From Cycas panzhihuaensis (taxonomy: Eukaryota; Plantae; Cycadophyta), in the NCBI GenBank assembly GCA_023213395.1, contig CM041465.1, positions 188,301,741 through 188,365,740 on the forward strand: DNA of 64,000 bases, in the 5' to 3' direction. A program made the position numbers and the translations under genes. Shown here piece after piece: positions 1-13,889 of this stretch; within the stretch, counting starts at the first letter, position 1, and every line of letters begins with the position of its first letter. A model generated the notes under the pieces. That model was not told the origin of the DNA. It saw nothing but the letters and a program-made list of their open reading frames with translations, and searched no databases.

Positions 1-222
1 GAACACTAGTGGGGTTTCCTTACCTTCCCCAATGTCCAAATGCAGAAAGAACCAAAGGAAAAAAGAAAGAATTGCTTAAAATAAAGTTTAAAAATAATGT
101 AATAATAACAAGAGAGGTATGCATACCTTCTGTTAAGACATTTAGTTGCTCTGAAAAAGGGCAAAACTTATACAACAAATGGTTTACCCTTTCCTAAGGG
201 GCACTAGACATGCATGTAAGCG

Positions 223-261
<39 letters not shown>

Positions 262-2222
262 ACATATATATATGCTTATCGAAATGGAAAAAAAAAAGGG
301 AAATGATCTTATGCAAATATTCCTTGAATAAGCACCATATGCAATGTTAGTTTTACTTATTATACAAACAAAGTGTTCTAATGATTATGGGAAAGAGGGG
401 TAAAAGGAAGGAAGAAGGGTAGCCTTGAAATGGTGAACCATCAAAATGATATGTCTCCACGTACCCAAGAACTCAAGCAAGTAGATCAAGATAGAAGCCA
501 AGTTTCTCTAATGGTAAAAGAGCAACAAACTTTGTATACAAAAAAGTTGCAAAAGTTATAACTTTTGCAAGATTTACAAAAGCAAGACTAAAATGGTGTA
601 GATATCGAGGAGCTACTGCTAAAAACCAGATTTTGTGGAACTATGAAGGCTAGTTGTAGGTGTAGCAAGGTGTTGTCAATACTACAACCAATAAGGTTCC
701 CTACCCCAAGGATTTTCGGGTGGACAAGGGAGGTATTGGGAGAGAAAAAAGAGCAAAGAGTAGGGGGTTACCCTTGAGGAGATGGAAAAAGGGTATAGAA
801 CCCTGCCTAAAACTCCTTTCTCTCTTTGTTGGACTCTTTTCTCTCCACCTCTTTAAGTGGACACGAGGGAAACCTTAAGGTGCAAGGATATAAGCCAGAG
901 AAAGAGAAGGGTTGCCTTCCAATATAGACATATAAGAGGTAGTTTCATACAACAAACTAAAAAGTAAGTAAGAAAACTCTTATGTTTAAGAAATAGGATA
1001 ATGTGCAGGCCTGATACTTGGTAACAATAGATCTGAGGTAGATCTACCTCATGTGGTGGTTGGGAGGGAGGTTTCCCTCGGAAGATTGGCGAAGAACCCC
1101 TGTAATGGCACAAGGAGATAGCATAACCTATAAACAAACTTGATGCTTGTGCCTTAATGGAGTGCTTGTAGAGAAGATCTGTCCTAAAGCTCACTGCTGC
1201 ATACTTGTAACTCAGGGTTTTACCCTAAGGAAGAAGATGGTAGGAGTGGAGGATATGTATAGTAGGAGAAAACCTTCGTTTTATAAAATTTTCTTAGAGA
1301 TGAGGAGGAATGAGGTAAATTTTGGGTTTTTAAACCCAACCCTAGCCCAATGGGTGATTAGGGCTCACCCTGTGTAGGAAACAACCTAGTGCTATGTATC
1401 AATTTTACATTTAATGCCAAATTGGCTGTGGCCAGACAAAAAAATAAATTTGAATAGTCGCACCATGGTAAACTTTGTGGTACCGCAAAGTTTGTAGGAG
1501 TACTACAAAATTTGTAGTGGTGCACTCAAAACTAGGAGAAAATAAAAAGAGGAGCCCAAAAGACTCCCCAAAAAGGGGGGGCCCTAGACCTTGAAAGGGC
1601 AAACTAATGTATTGTTGAGGTGTAAAGGGGGTTTTAGGACCTAGAGGGACCATGATGAACAAGAAAAAGGTGGCAACAAGGCCTAAAAGAGAGACAAGTG
1701 GTGAACAAGGGTGACAACCTGGCCTAAACGGGTTGTTATGGGTTACATCATACTAAGGAGTGGTAAAGGATGGGCTAAGGAAGCCAAGAATGCTTGGAGA
1801 CGTTGTGGAGATATGGCAGAGGGTCATAAGATGCCATGTAATACATATCCTAAGTTGTCGTAGGCTAGAATATTATATGTAAACATGGATATGCAGGCAA
1901 TACAAATACAATGATCATGTAATCAATCAATTAACATGTAATGTGTATCTATAGACAATCCAATAGCATCCTGAAGCCAATGAAAGTGAGGATAGATGCA
2001 TACCTATACTTACCTGAGGTGAGTTGTCTATGTCCATTCCCAGTAGCCAAGAAACATGAGCAAAAACAAAGCCTTATAGCTTAAGATATCATAAAAAAGA
2101 TGAAGGGTGCTCCATAAAAAACTAAAAATAGGAGGCTATCCCCTTTCACTGGCTGGCTGTTGGTCATGTAGTGCCTCCATATGACTAGGGGCTGAGGCAT
2201 AAGGGGGCTGAGTGGATCTAAA
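1..2222. mobile_element. Partial large LTR-like sequence (Athila/Tat-type Gypsy, decayed), truncated by the window start
   Basis: Non-coding and relatively GC-rich. Positions 10-31 (GGGG..CCTTACCTTCCCCA then A-rich) match 63841-63861 in the young LTR-like sequence at the window end. Palindromic TTTG(C/T)GGTAC(C/T)(G/A)CAAA motifs at 1471-1509. Right boundary approximate. Confidence 0.4.
224..272. repeat. (CA)n/(TA)n microsatellite
   Basis: Directly visible dinucleotide run. Confidence 0.95.
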
Positions 2223-2794
2223 AAGGTTATGCAATATAGTTAAATTCAAATTTGAATTTGTAAAAAATATTAGCCCTTTTCAACTAAATTTGAAATCAGT
2301 TAACATTATAATATTTGTAAATATTAAAAACTAATCATAATCTAAAAGATTAGGGTTTTGAATATATTTTTTTGTGAGGTTTATAGGAGTAACCACCATT
2401 GAATTCTATCTCTATATCACCATCAATCTTTTATATCACCATCGATCTTATATTGTGGGTTATTTGACACTTTCTAGAGCTATTTTGATGTAGAATTTTC
2501 AATTTAAAGTTCAAAGTTTCCGTTAAATCTTCATCTTACTTCATTTTTTTAGCTTCTTTAAGCACATACATACAATTCTTGAGATTCCATGATATTTGTT
2601 GATGTAATATACCCCAAATAGGGAGGATAACATGTACCAAGGTGTTATTTTTGGCTCTAAATAACCCATTATGAGCTTCATTGTATGAGAGATAGTTATG
2701 TATGTTATACTTGAGTCACATCTATCTTTCAAAGTCATGTATTAATTTTTATTACTGGTTTTTTGGCCCATTGAGGCATATTTGAAGCCATAGA

Positions 2795-3160
2795 GCCTAT
2801 TATTTTCACCAAACCTCTATTCAAGATAAATTTGATAAATTTAGGTATTATATCAATGTTAAAACTAATGATATAAATATTAAGGGGGAGTGTCAGATTA
2901 TTGTTCACATGTAGATGAAATAAAGTATATGAGTCATAGGAGTTACAAAGTCCTAAATGGACTTGTGACACGTGTTAGGGTAGTTACAAATTCATTTGTT
3001 GACTATTACTGATCTTGCTTGTATATTCATTTGTATTGTACTATGTGTTATTGAATTCAATAAATGGGTACTTAATAAATGTTGATTACTATGATGGTAG
3101 ACCAATTCAGCCTGATATCTATCTTCTGATGTGTTGATATTTGGTTTCATATTTCAATCA
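2795..3160 (+). mobile_element. Ty1/Copia 3' end fragment (RNase H terminus, PPT, 3' LTR)
   Basis: Reads IIFTKPL (Copia ADIFTKPL-type RNase H end), then PPT TAAGGGGGAG 2881-2890 followed immediately by TGTCAG at 2891. LTR end near 3160 (..AATCA) is approximate. Confidence 0.65.
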
Positions 3161-3599
3161 TAAATTTACAAGCTATACATTTTTTAAAATAAAATTAATT
3201 CAATTAAAGTTGGGATCTTTACAAAAAGTTTACCATGAATAGTTATGAAAACTCTTTGCTCTATTTATTCAATTGAACATATAAATTAAATAACCCACCC
3301 TTTTATAAATTTGCCTTATAAATCATTATGTCATTAAAAGATTTGATTTTTTTTAGCAAGCAATTTTAATGTATTTTCCTTCTTATTATTCGTTAAATAT
3401 TAAAAGATTTATGTCTTATCTTCAACAACTACTTTTTCTTCAATCATTGATTTATCCATTGATAAATTATAATTAATATATTCTAAAAAACTTCTTGATA
3501 CATATTATCATGAAACTAATGTTAATCCTCTAAAGGAAATTGGTTAGTTATTTTGGCTATGAAATTAATATAATTTACTAGTCAATTTTCTCACTAATT

Positions 3600-5200
3600 C
3601 TCAACTTTTATAGTGGAAATCTTATTCATTTTTATTAGATTAAACCAAGATTCATGTAGGCAATAGAACTAAATGTTGGGTTATTTGGGGTCCATCTTCC
3701 TAAATTTTACTAAATCATGGGTTAGGTTAATCTGCACATTTATCAGTAATGAATTATTTAATGTAGGGATCAAGGCAACTAATGACTATGGTCGACCAAT
3801 CCATATAATATCCTTAATTAACATTTATTAAGACTTAACCATTATTTATTTCTTAATGGATTTATCATTCTACCATGCATGTTACATAGAGCTAATCTTC
3901 ATTTTTATTTATTAATAAGTAATCTCAATAAACCAATGATGGAGCACTCAAGGCTTAAAAAATCATTATGATTAATATAACACTTATCATATATAAATTA
4001 CAATTTTACTACCAAATCTATACTCTAATTTAGTATAATATTACTTTCATTAATACAATACTAAATTGGAGAGCATTTTTAACCTCTTGTAACCCAACTA
4101 GTTGATTTACCAACTCTTTAGAAACTCTATCCTTAGTCAACCCTTTTCGGTTTAGAACTATCCACAAAATCATCTAAAAAAGAATGAGAATTGATCTCCT
4201 TCTCCTTCTCAAAGACCTATTCATAGAGAGAATGAATTTGGAAATTTTGGGATATCAATCTCAATTGCTACTGTGTTCCAATGGTGATAAGTTGGTTATT
4301 CCTAATAAGTTCACATTTATGTTAAGATAATCCAGTAGTGACATCCCAATGATCATGAGTGTCTATCATTCTCTTTCCTTGATTACTAGAATTCGATCTT
4401 CATATTTTAGTATTCCTTTCTTTCCTTAACATTTTCATTTATAAACATACGAGGTTAGTTGTTGCATAACTAATTTATTTTTATAAATCGAGTTTACATT
4501 AACTTGTTAGCTTATGTTGACTGAGAAATAAAACCAACTTATAATTGAACATTAAAATGCTAATTTATGAAAGGATTATCAATGTAGATTTACAAAGTGA
4601 ATAATAAGTCATCTTATAAAATGACTTTTTATTTTCTTAGCCAACAATACCAACATATTACTAAATGACCACCATTCTTAAAATATCATGCTTGAAAATA
4701 ATTTACTAGCAAAAGAAGGCTAACAGGTTTTATCCCTTTAAAACCCATGTTAGAGGAGTTTATAACTACAAAATATCAATCTCTTCCATAACCTTTTTAA
4801 TTTGATTTATTCACATGAATAAAATATACCTAAGTAGAAGAATAATAACAATTACACCAAGAGATGTGATCGCTTTAAATAGAAAGTTTGGTTAAGTAGA
4901 GAATCTACATCACAATTTGTATTTCTTCCAAGGGATGTTCTGAACCATTCCACACAAATTTCTTATATAGAAACATAATGGAACATATTCACTTACCATC
5001 CATAAAACCTAATTCAAATAATTTATGACTAGACATAAGGAACCATATACACTCTTTTGCATATTAACATCAAAAAATAGAAATTAGGCTACAATAATTG
5101 CAATAATCATAGTGAAACATAAATTCATATAAATATTTATAAATACTAGAAACCAAATCATGTTTAGCTAGGAATTCATTAAATTCTATAGTGTTAACTA
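3600..5200 (-). mobile_element. Highly decayed L1-type LINE ORF2 3' region (tentative)
   Basis: Minus-strand YKKFVWNGS (~4942-4968; FLWxG-like) and MILWIVLNRKGLTKDRVSK (~4117-4173; zf-RVT-like), about 270 codons apart as expected for plant L1 ORF2. Boundaries not defined. Confidence 0.4.
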
Positions 5201-6213
5201 GTTTTTGGCTCCCCTAAAGTGTTAAAAGTATAAGTTATAATGTTAATTTTGTGATGCTAACTTTGTAATGTTAAGTTATAATTAATGCATGTTTTACCAT
5301 TAAGCATTGTACATTTTATTAAACATTGTACAATTATTTTAAAATTGTTTTCTAATATTTTTCTTTCCTTTTGTGTATATCCACATGCATAGGAGATGTG
5401 TGTGTTCATCCCTTTAAATTGAGAAATGATCTCTTCTTGTGTTTTTCTCACCTTGTATATTTGTGATCTTAAAAAGTATTAATGAATACAAGCTTTTTTT
5501 CCTATATTATTCTCATTATTTTGTTTTGGTTATGTCTTCATATTATCTTTGATATGATATAAGAGCTATTGGAGACTTGGAAAAAGGTGAATGTAGGTGA
5601 AGGGAGGAAGAAGTAATAACTACTAGGCTAAGGAAGAAGTTAAAGATTAGCCATTATCTTGAGATGATTCATTTCATAAAAGAAAAAGATAAAAAAATAG
5701 CACTCTATTGAATGGAAATTTTCTCCTTGATCCCATCTCTGTCTTCAATGTTTTCTAATTTATTTTCTTTGTATAATGAGTAAAAATCATTCTTATAATA
5801 TTTATAAATAATTTATAGATAATTTTAAACTTAAAAACTACTTGAATCTGTCTAAGTTTGCTTAGAATCTCTCTATTGGGCTCCAATGCTACTTGTTAGA
5901 AAATGAGTAAAAAACAAGCTTTTTTGAAATGGTTTTTTTCAACTAAATAATAAAATCTCCTTAAGGGATCAACAATCTACCATGCAGTAGTTTTGGGGTT
6001 ACTTCATAGTGTTTGGGCATGCTCCTTGGCCACTAAATGCCAATGTATGGCGGCTACCCAATGGAACATTCTAAACTTTCAATCTAACATTTTTTATTTC
6101 CACTATTTTATAACCTAAAGTCTTCAATTTTATTTTAATTAGTATATTGTAAGAAAATTTTATTGCTTAAGTGAAGAATTTAATCAACTTTAGTTTTTTA
6201 ATTTTTTAATTTT

Positions 6214-9200
6214 TATAAAGAACATTGAAAACATATATGTATTTCGAATTATACGATCTTGATCATACACAACAAGTAATAATATAATATTTACGTGGGA
6301 AACCTTTTTAGGAAAAAACCCATAATAAAATATTATTAGATCATATTAATAACTGTTGGATGATTTTATAATGGATTTTGGGATTATTTATAATCCCATA
6401 AACAATACATCTAACCCCATTGGTTGTGAACCTCTGTAATTTTCGTACCTTTTGGCTTAATAATAACTAAACCACATTTAACATTAATTAAGTGGCTTTA
6501 GCACTTAAGTACCATCCTAATATCCCCCCTTAATGTAAATGTAGGGATTTAATTTGTAGTTTGAAACTATCACTAACAAAGGTTGAAATTATCTTTATTC
6601 ATACATTTCCCCTCAAGAATAACTTCTTTGAGTCTTAATCTAGTACAAATCTTAGTGAATTGATCTTCAGTAAGTGCTTTTGTAAACGCGTATGCAAGCT
6701 ACTTCTCACTTAGGCAATAGACATCCTACAACTTTCTTACTTTGATTTATTAATGTATGTAGTGGTGTTAAATTTCAATATGCTTTATATGTGTGTGAAA
6801 CTCTAGATTCTTTGATAGACGAATAATATAGACTGAAATAATCAGGGTGTCACAAGATATTCCAAGGACATCTAAAAGTCTTTGAAAGACAGTATGGTAC
6901 CAACTGTGAGCCCCTGATACTCTACCTCTATAAAAGATAAAGCCACTATTTACTACTTTTTCGATTGCCACAACATAAATCTATTGCTAATACCAAACAC
7001 ATATCTAGCAATGGATTTTTGATTATTAGAGTCTTCTCCCTAATTTATATTAGTGTAGCCATGTAGCTTTACATTTCTTTCACGAAGGTACTCTAGACTA
7101 AGATTAAGAGTTCCCTTCAAATATCTTAGAATTCACTTTGCTATAACCTAATATAGCTCATGTGGATTTTGCATATAATAAGATACTAGCTTGATAATAA
7201 AAATAATATATAGCCTAGTATGAGCAAGATAGATGGGACTCCCTACTAATTATCCTTGCAATGTTGCATCTATAATATGCTTATCTATATCTTTAGTGAG
7301 TTTTGTGCCGTTAGCACATGGTGTGGAAATAAGTTTAGAATCCTTCATTATAAACCTCACAAGTAAGTTCTTTATGTACTTTATTTGTGATACCATGCTG
7401 TGATCCTCCATCTATTGTACTTCGATTCTCAAGAAGTAATTCAACATACTTAAGTCTATCATATTAAAAATTTTCTATAGGTTGGATTTAACATGTATAA
7501 TCACCTTATGATAATTACTTGTCAAGATGAAATCATCAACGTACAACATAATTATTATAGTCGTATTTACAATCCTCTTAATATAGATTATGATCTAACT
7601 CTATAGTTATAAATTCATCTTCCTTTAGCTTTACATCGATCTTTACATACCATGCCCTTGGTGCATGCTTTAGACCATAGAGTGATCTCTTTAACCAAAA
7701 TATAAACTCTTCTTATCTTTTCTTGGTGAACCTTAAGAGATTATACCATATAAAATTTATCTTTTAAGTCTCCATTAAGAAATGTGAACTTTATATCTAT
7801 CTGATGTAACTCTTATCTATATCTACCTATAACTAAAAGGATAAACTAGACCATCGTTATTTTTTAGACTGGTGTAAATGTCTCTTCATAATCAATCCCT
7901 TCCTTTTGTTTGAATCTCAACGTAACAAGTTGAGCTTTATGTTTTCCCATCTCATCGTTAGAGTAGAACCTTATTTTATATACCTACTTACATCCAACAA
8001 GATTTTTCTTTGGAGGTAATGGGACTAAATCCTATGTTTTTTTCTTCATAAGAGAACCATATTCTTCCTCCATCGTAACTCTCTACTTAGGATTCTCCTT
8101 TACTTTAGTATAAGAATCAAAGTCATGGGAGTCTATGGTATTAACAATTAGAGCTTGATTGGCATGTTGACTCATTGTATATCATCCTTCTGTTAGATCT
8201 TGCAATGTCACACCCTACTCTTCAATAATCTTTTTAGCCCATCCAAGCATTAAGACATTCGATGTCTCATATACCTCTTCTTATAATGACTCTTCATTAT
8301 CTGTATTACTTAGTCCATCTTCCCTTTATTCTATAGGTTCTTTAGTTGGTTGAATTGGGTTCACATTCTTAAAAGTTAACTCCTGCAAAATTGAACCTAA
8401 TAAAAATGATAATAATGGTGGATAAAAGACTTCTTCAGATGGTTATCATTTAATATGATATATTAATGACTCAGTAAACTCTATATCCTGACTAACAAGA
8501 AGTTTCATTTTAATTGGATCTCATAATTTATAATCTTTTCTTGTATCACTGTACCCCACAAGGATACACTTCTCACTCTTGTGTTCCAACTTATTTTATT
8601 TTTCTTTTGGGATATATGCATATGCTATGTATCTAAAAACTTTTAAATGGTGAAAAACAAGCTTTCAATTGGTCCATTTTTCTTTATGGGTTATGTCAAA
8701 AACTACTAGAGTCTGCACTTGGTTCAAAATATACACTACAATTTCAATAGTTTTTACTCAAAACATGAATGGTAATTTTTTTGCATGTAGCATGTATTTT
8801 ACCATCTCCATCGTGGTATAATTTTTTCTTTTAATGACACTATTTTACTGTGGCATATACATGACTATAAATTCTTGTCTTATACCATGCTTCAGACAGA
8901 ACTAATTAAAGGTATTATTATTGTATTCTTTTCCATTATTACTCCTCAATTTTTTTTTTTTTTTTTTATCATTTTCATTTTCAACCTATACTTTCCATTT
9001 ATGAAAGCGATTAAATACTTCAGACTTATTCTTAAAAATGTACATCTAAGATTTTCTAGTATAATCATCTATAAACACTAAGGCATATCAAGCTTATAAT
9101 ATTAAAGGGTTGGATAATAGCCCCATCATATCTGAATATACTAGCTCCAACTTCTCCTTGGCTCTCTAGGAATAGTCCTAAGTGAAAGGACATTTATGAT

Positions 9201-12200
9201 GCTTTTCATATATACCCTTCATAAATACCGATTGAACACGAAACATTTGGTAGACTTTGTGCCATATTTAATTTGTTCATTAATAACATGTATTTGAAGT
9301 CAAGGTGACCTGGACATTCATGCCACAACTTACTTATATCATTTGCACCAACAACAAAGGCACATGATTTATTTTACTTTTGAAACTTCTCAAACACCCA
9401 TAAGTCATCTTTAACCTTCCCAATAATGATGATAGAAAGTTTTACTTTAGATCCTTAATTAAGCATCTATCTTTATAAAATGCAATCTTCATACCTTGTT
9501 TACATATTTCTTGAGTAGATAAAAGAGTTTTGAATATATTAAGGGCATAATATACCTTATCAAAGTGACCACCTACAATTGAGGATATTCCAATGCCTTT
9601 TATAGGAATTAATCTTGTATATCTAAGAATGATATTTTTATCATTGGTCATAGAATCCCATGCCATAAAGTTCTCCTTACAGAAAGAGATGTGCCTCTAC
9701 CCACCAGAGTCAAGGATTTAAGAGTTCTTATATTTGACTGATATAGTAGGTAAGATCAAGACCTCTATGTAATGAACAATAATTCTCTTTCCTTTATCAT
9801 CTTGGCTTGCTTTTTGTTGGTCTCTCCTTTTAAACTAATATTTTTTTTCCTTATGGCCTTCTCTTTTGTAGTAATTACACTTTCCTATAAATTTCTTTTT
9901 CTTCTTCTCTTGAGATATTTCTCTGGGCTTCTATGGATTCTTTCCTCTCTGATCACCATTCTTCATTTGCATCTTCATGACTAAGGCTTGATTGGACTCT
10001 AAAATTTTGAGTATGCCATAATATTTTAGCTTGGCAACTTTTACTAGGAAGAGATTTTTTAGTATTTTCAAATATCTCACTTTCTATAATGTCATCTTTG
10101 GCTTAGATAGTTTGAAAGGTACTAAAGACGGTAGTTTTAATGCAATTATTGCAAATAATAGCTCTTTGTCAACTAAACCTGGCTTAATCTCTTCTAGTTG
10201 CTTGTTCTTCAAATTTGTTATTTTATTTAGGTAGGCACCTATGCTGTTTTTATCTTTAATAGCAATATTTAATAGCTCCATCATTAATGCAACCTGATGA
10301 TTTGATTTCTTTTATTTAAAAATCTCATTTAATTTTGCCTAGATTTCATGTAACATTTTAAGGTTATGTATAAGTGCTCTCTAATTTAGAGCTAATAATA
10401 ACTTCAACAACCCTACAATAGTGAATAGCCTCTCCTCAAGCTTTTCTTTCTCCTTTTTATTTACAAGAATAGAAGAAGCCTTCTCTTTTGTAATTTTCCA
10501 TAATTGATTCACCATTAAGACAAGATCTATATTTGCCTTCTATTCACTAAAGTTATTATCATTAAAATTTAATTATAGCAATTTCTCCATTATGTATATG
10601 GCATAAAAATGAGCTAATGACAATTAATAATCTTTAGATAGAAGAAGAAAGTAAACTAGAACCTCTTACACATAGCCATACCTAAATTTAACATGTTTGA
10701 GCAATGATCCATAACCTTTGTTTGCCAAATATTATCGTCTCAATAGTTAGATTTAGCAACATGTGTGCTCCACACACTTCAATATTGTTTTATTATGGAC
10801 TTAAGGATATGTGTACTATACCCAATAATATCCAGATACTAAAAATTCCTTACAAGATAATAATTTTATAGCAAGAATATAGACAAGCTATATATATCAG
10901 CCTTTAGAAGAGAAGTCTTAAAATTTCATATAACATAAAACCACTAAATTTCACTTAAAAATGATGAAATTGATCTAAAAAACATCAAACATATAGTATG
11001 CAATTATATATTCCTTTTTTAAAAAACTTCTAAGATAAAATATTCCTCATAAAAGGGGTGATTACTTATATAATCATGTATGCCTTTTTTATTACTCCAT
11101 GTGCCTTTTGATAAATATAAAAAGGTAGAAATAAAATATATAAATTATATATTAAGGTCTTAACCTTAATACAAAGTATTAACTCATCTTCAAATATATT
11201 TAGTGGTGCTAATATAATATGAGTGACTTCCACAAGATGATGACTATATTTACGAGTAAGTATGACCCTCGTACAGTTCCAACGAGCTCTCACCTTACTT
11301 ACGAGCCTATTATGGCTAGAAGAGGGATGCACATTCTTCATTCATATATCAACACACATAAATCCAACCTATTACAAGTATGTGACTGCTTAAATAAGTG
11401 GGGATAACATCTCCAAGATGTTTGTTGATATAAAACTAGACCAACACCCTCTATAGTTATCAAAATGAGTTCTACAATCTTCAAACACTGCCCAACATCC
11501 TAGTATAAGCAAAAAACTTCCTTAATTGGATTCAATCATACATACACATAGTGTCTAATCCTTTTTGATGACTCAATATTAGATTTGACACCTAATTATG
11601 TCAAATGTCCTCTAAATAGTGCCTAATGTACTCAAATCATACCCAACGTAACCTAACACTATTAGATCACCTTCAAATTGAGCCCAACTGGTCTATGGTG
11701 TGCCCAATACACCTAACCAACTTTGAATAGCTCCAACATAAGCCAACATGATCTGATGTATGCCCAATATTGATTTTTGGCCTAAAATAGTAAGAAAATC
11801 TTATTGATAGGTGAAATCCACCTTCTCAATCACTATTGCACCATTATGTCACTCTATTGGTTGTTGGAGAGGATTAAAATCATTAGAACAAGGCTCTACC
11901 AATGTTAATAGGCAACCTTTGATCTTATCATGTTTGCTCAACCTTGCTTTATCAATGTACTCCATTCAACTCTAATACCATATAAAGAAAAATAAAAACA
12001 TGCATGTATTTTAAACTATAGGATCTTAATTTTACATAATATGCAATAATAAAGAGCACATGTACATAGTACACAATATTTACATGGAAAACCCTTTCAA
12101 AAAAAGACCCACCATAGAAGATCATTGGATCACGTTGATAATCACTGGATGCTTTTACGATGGAATTTGAGATTATTTATAATCTTCCAAATAATACGTC

Positions 12201-12290
12201 CAACCCCATTGGCTGTAACCCTCCATAATATTTGCACCTTTTGGCTTAACAATAACTAAACCACATTTAATAGTAATTGCCATGTTAATA
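6214..12290 (-). mobile_element. Copia-A: full-length decayed Ty1/Copia LTR retrotransposon
   Basis: Homologous LTRs 6214-6522 and 11981-12290 (strongly diverged, with indels), PPT rc TCCCCCCTTAA 6523-6533, PBS rc CTCTAATACCA 11970-11980, near-TSD ATTTT/TTTTT, domain order gag-PR-INT-RT-RH on the minus strand. Confidence 0.9.
6620..10590 (-). pseudogene. gag-pol: Copia-A gag-pol pseudogene
   Basis: MEKLL*LNFNDNNFSE*K gag start, *ILDSGG protease (~9700-9720), integrase ~8480-9200, RT ~7000-8100, RNase H FHTHIKHIEI and LAYAFTKAL; many stops and frameshifts. Confidence 0.88.
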
Positions 12291-12897
12291 TTTTTAGGTC
12301 CATTCAAGATCATTCTCAAGTTAGCCCTTGATCATATGAAAAAAAAAAGAGGAGTTAGAGGTATTATTTCAATATTGAAGCTCTGATTTTAATTCCATAA
12401 AATGCTCATTTACATATTTTTTCATGTCCTATTTATTTATATTGGTTGTACGAGAAAATTCTAAGTGTAAAATTAGTTTTTACCTATTTTTATACCTTTT
12501 TTAAAGGGTTTTTAACCTTATTTTAGAGTGTGGAAACTTGCATGGTGATACTAAAAGATCATAGTAGTATCATTAATAAAGCATTAGCTTTTTGTGGTAT
12601 TGAAAGGCCATTCTAAACCTTCTTTGGCATTCTTTTTATGGTTTGCATGTATCTTTTTATATTTTTTTTTATATGTTGCTTAGTTTAATTACTTTATTTC
12701 ATTTTATTTTTGAAGCATTGTTTATTTAATTATGTTTGGCATATATATGTATCTCTGTTAATTAGTTAGCATCCATTTATTTATCTTATTTACTTTATTT
12801 TATCATTACAAGTAATTGCACTTTATTTTTTAAGTCAAATTTTAAACACTTTCATTGGTTTTGTTCATAGTTATTTTTTAGATCAATTATTGATAAG

Positions 12898-13889
12898 ATG
12901 GCATTAGATAGGTTAGATCCATTCAAAAAATTTAAAGGGTAGGTTGATCACATTTATTATAAATAAGAGTCAAGTGTTATTCCAGAATCTAATGATGTCC
13001 TAGATGTGGTAAATAGAACTTCTACTATACTTACACCTCCCTTAAATTAGGCCTTTTGGAAAGGGATAATGCTATAATAGAAAAAACTAATAACTATCAA
13101 CATTTATGATAATTAATTATTACATATTAGAGGTATAGAGGCAACTAAGGAATAATAGAAGAAGTTTAGATAGTTATATGATAGATAGAGTATAAGTAAG
13201 TTGTTAGAAATGAACAGAGAATTCCATTCACTTAAGTTACATTTATATGGCTCAAATATAAAACATATAGATAGACTTAAGGAGCTGAGATTGTTACTAA
13301 ATAGCCACAATTATAATGTCCATGAAGAAGAGATAGTGGAAACCTTCCTAAATTGCTTGCATGATGATCTTAAGAACTTTAAGACTATGATCACTTTGTT
13401 TAAGGATAAAAAGACTTTAATTGTATACAAGTTGTAAGAATATTTATTTAATGAGGTTGAAGAACCTTAAGGATTTAACATTGGTGAAAGAGCTTTTATA
13501 TCTAGGATGAGAGGTAGAGGTAGGCCTTACCATATGCTAGTAAGAAACTTAGGAAATAGAAATGAGAGAAGTTCTTACTATAATTATTGTAAACTAGGCT
13601 ATTTAATAACTAAGGATTGTACATATAGAGAAGAAATTAACAATCAAACTTTGAACTTTAAAGGATTTCAATTTAGAGGAAGCAATTAGATGTCTAGAGG
13701 ACATTAAAGAAATATAAGATCTAGAGGAAACTTGAGAGGAATAGGAGGAAGATGGCAAAATAATGTAGTAGAAATTAATGAAATGGAAGAAGAAGCCACA
13801 TAATTCTTTATGGTATCAATAGATAAATCTAAGGAATTTGGTATGTAGATAGTGGTTATTCTAAGTATATGACTCCTAACTTAAGAATA
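12898..13889 (+). pseudogene. gag: Copia-B gag and protease start
   Basis: UBN2-like gag (ORF 13201-13437), decayed zinc knuckle YNYCKLGYLITKDC, protease IWYVDSGYSKYMT at ~13836-13874. Confidence 0.85.

Larger units (their letters stand above)
5220..13889 (+). mobile_element. Copia-B: 5' LTR, leader and gag-protease; interrupted by Copia-A and cut by Gypsy-1
   Basis: LTR 5220-5554 (TGTTAAAA...), degenerate PBS TGATATAAGAGC 5555-5566, leader resumes at 12291, gag ATG at 12898. That the LTR and gag belong to one element is inferred from the nesting. Confidence 0.65.

Noticed and set aside
2006-2016. ATACTTACCTG, identical to the U1 snRNA 5' end (a perfect 5' splice site on the minus strand)
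   Set aside because: Downstream sequence does not continue as U1 and no exon context supports a gene; only an 11-nt match.
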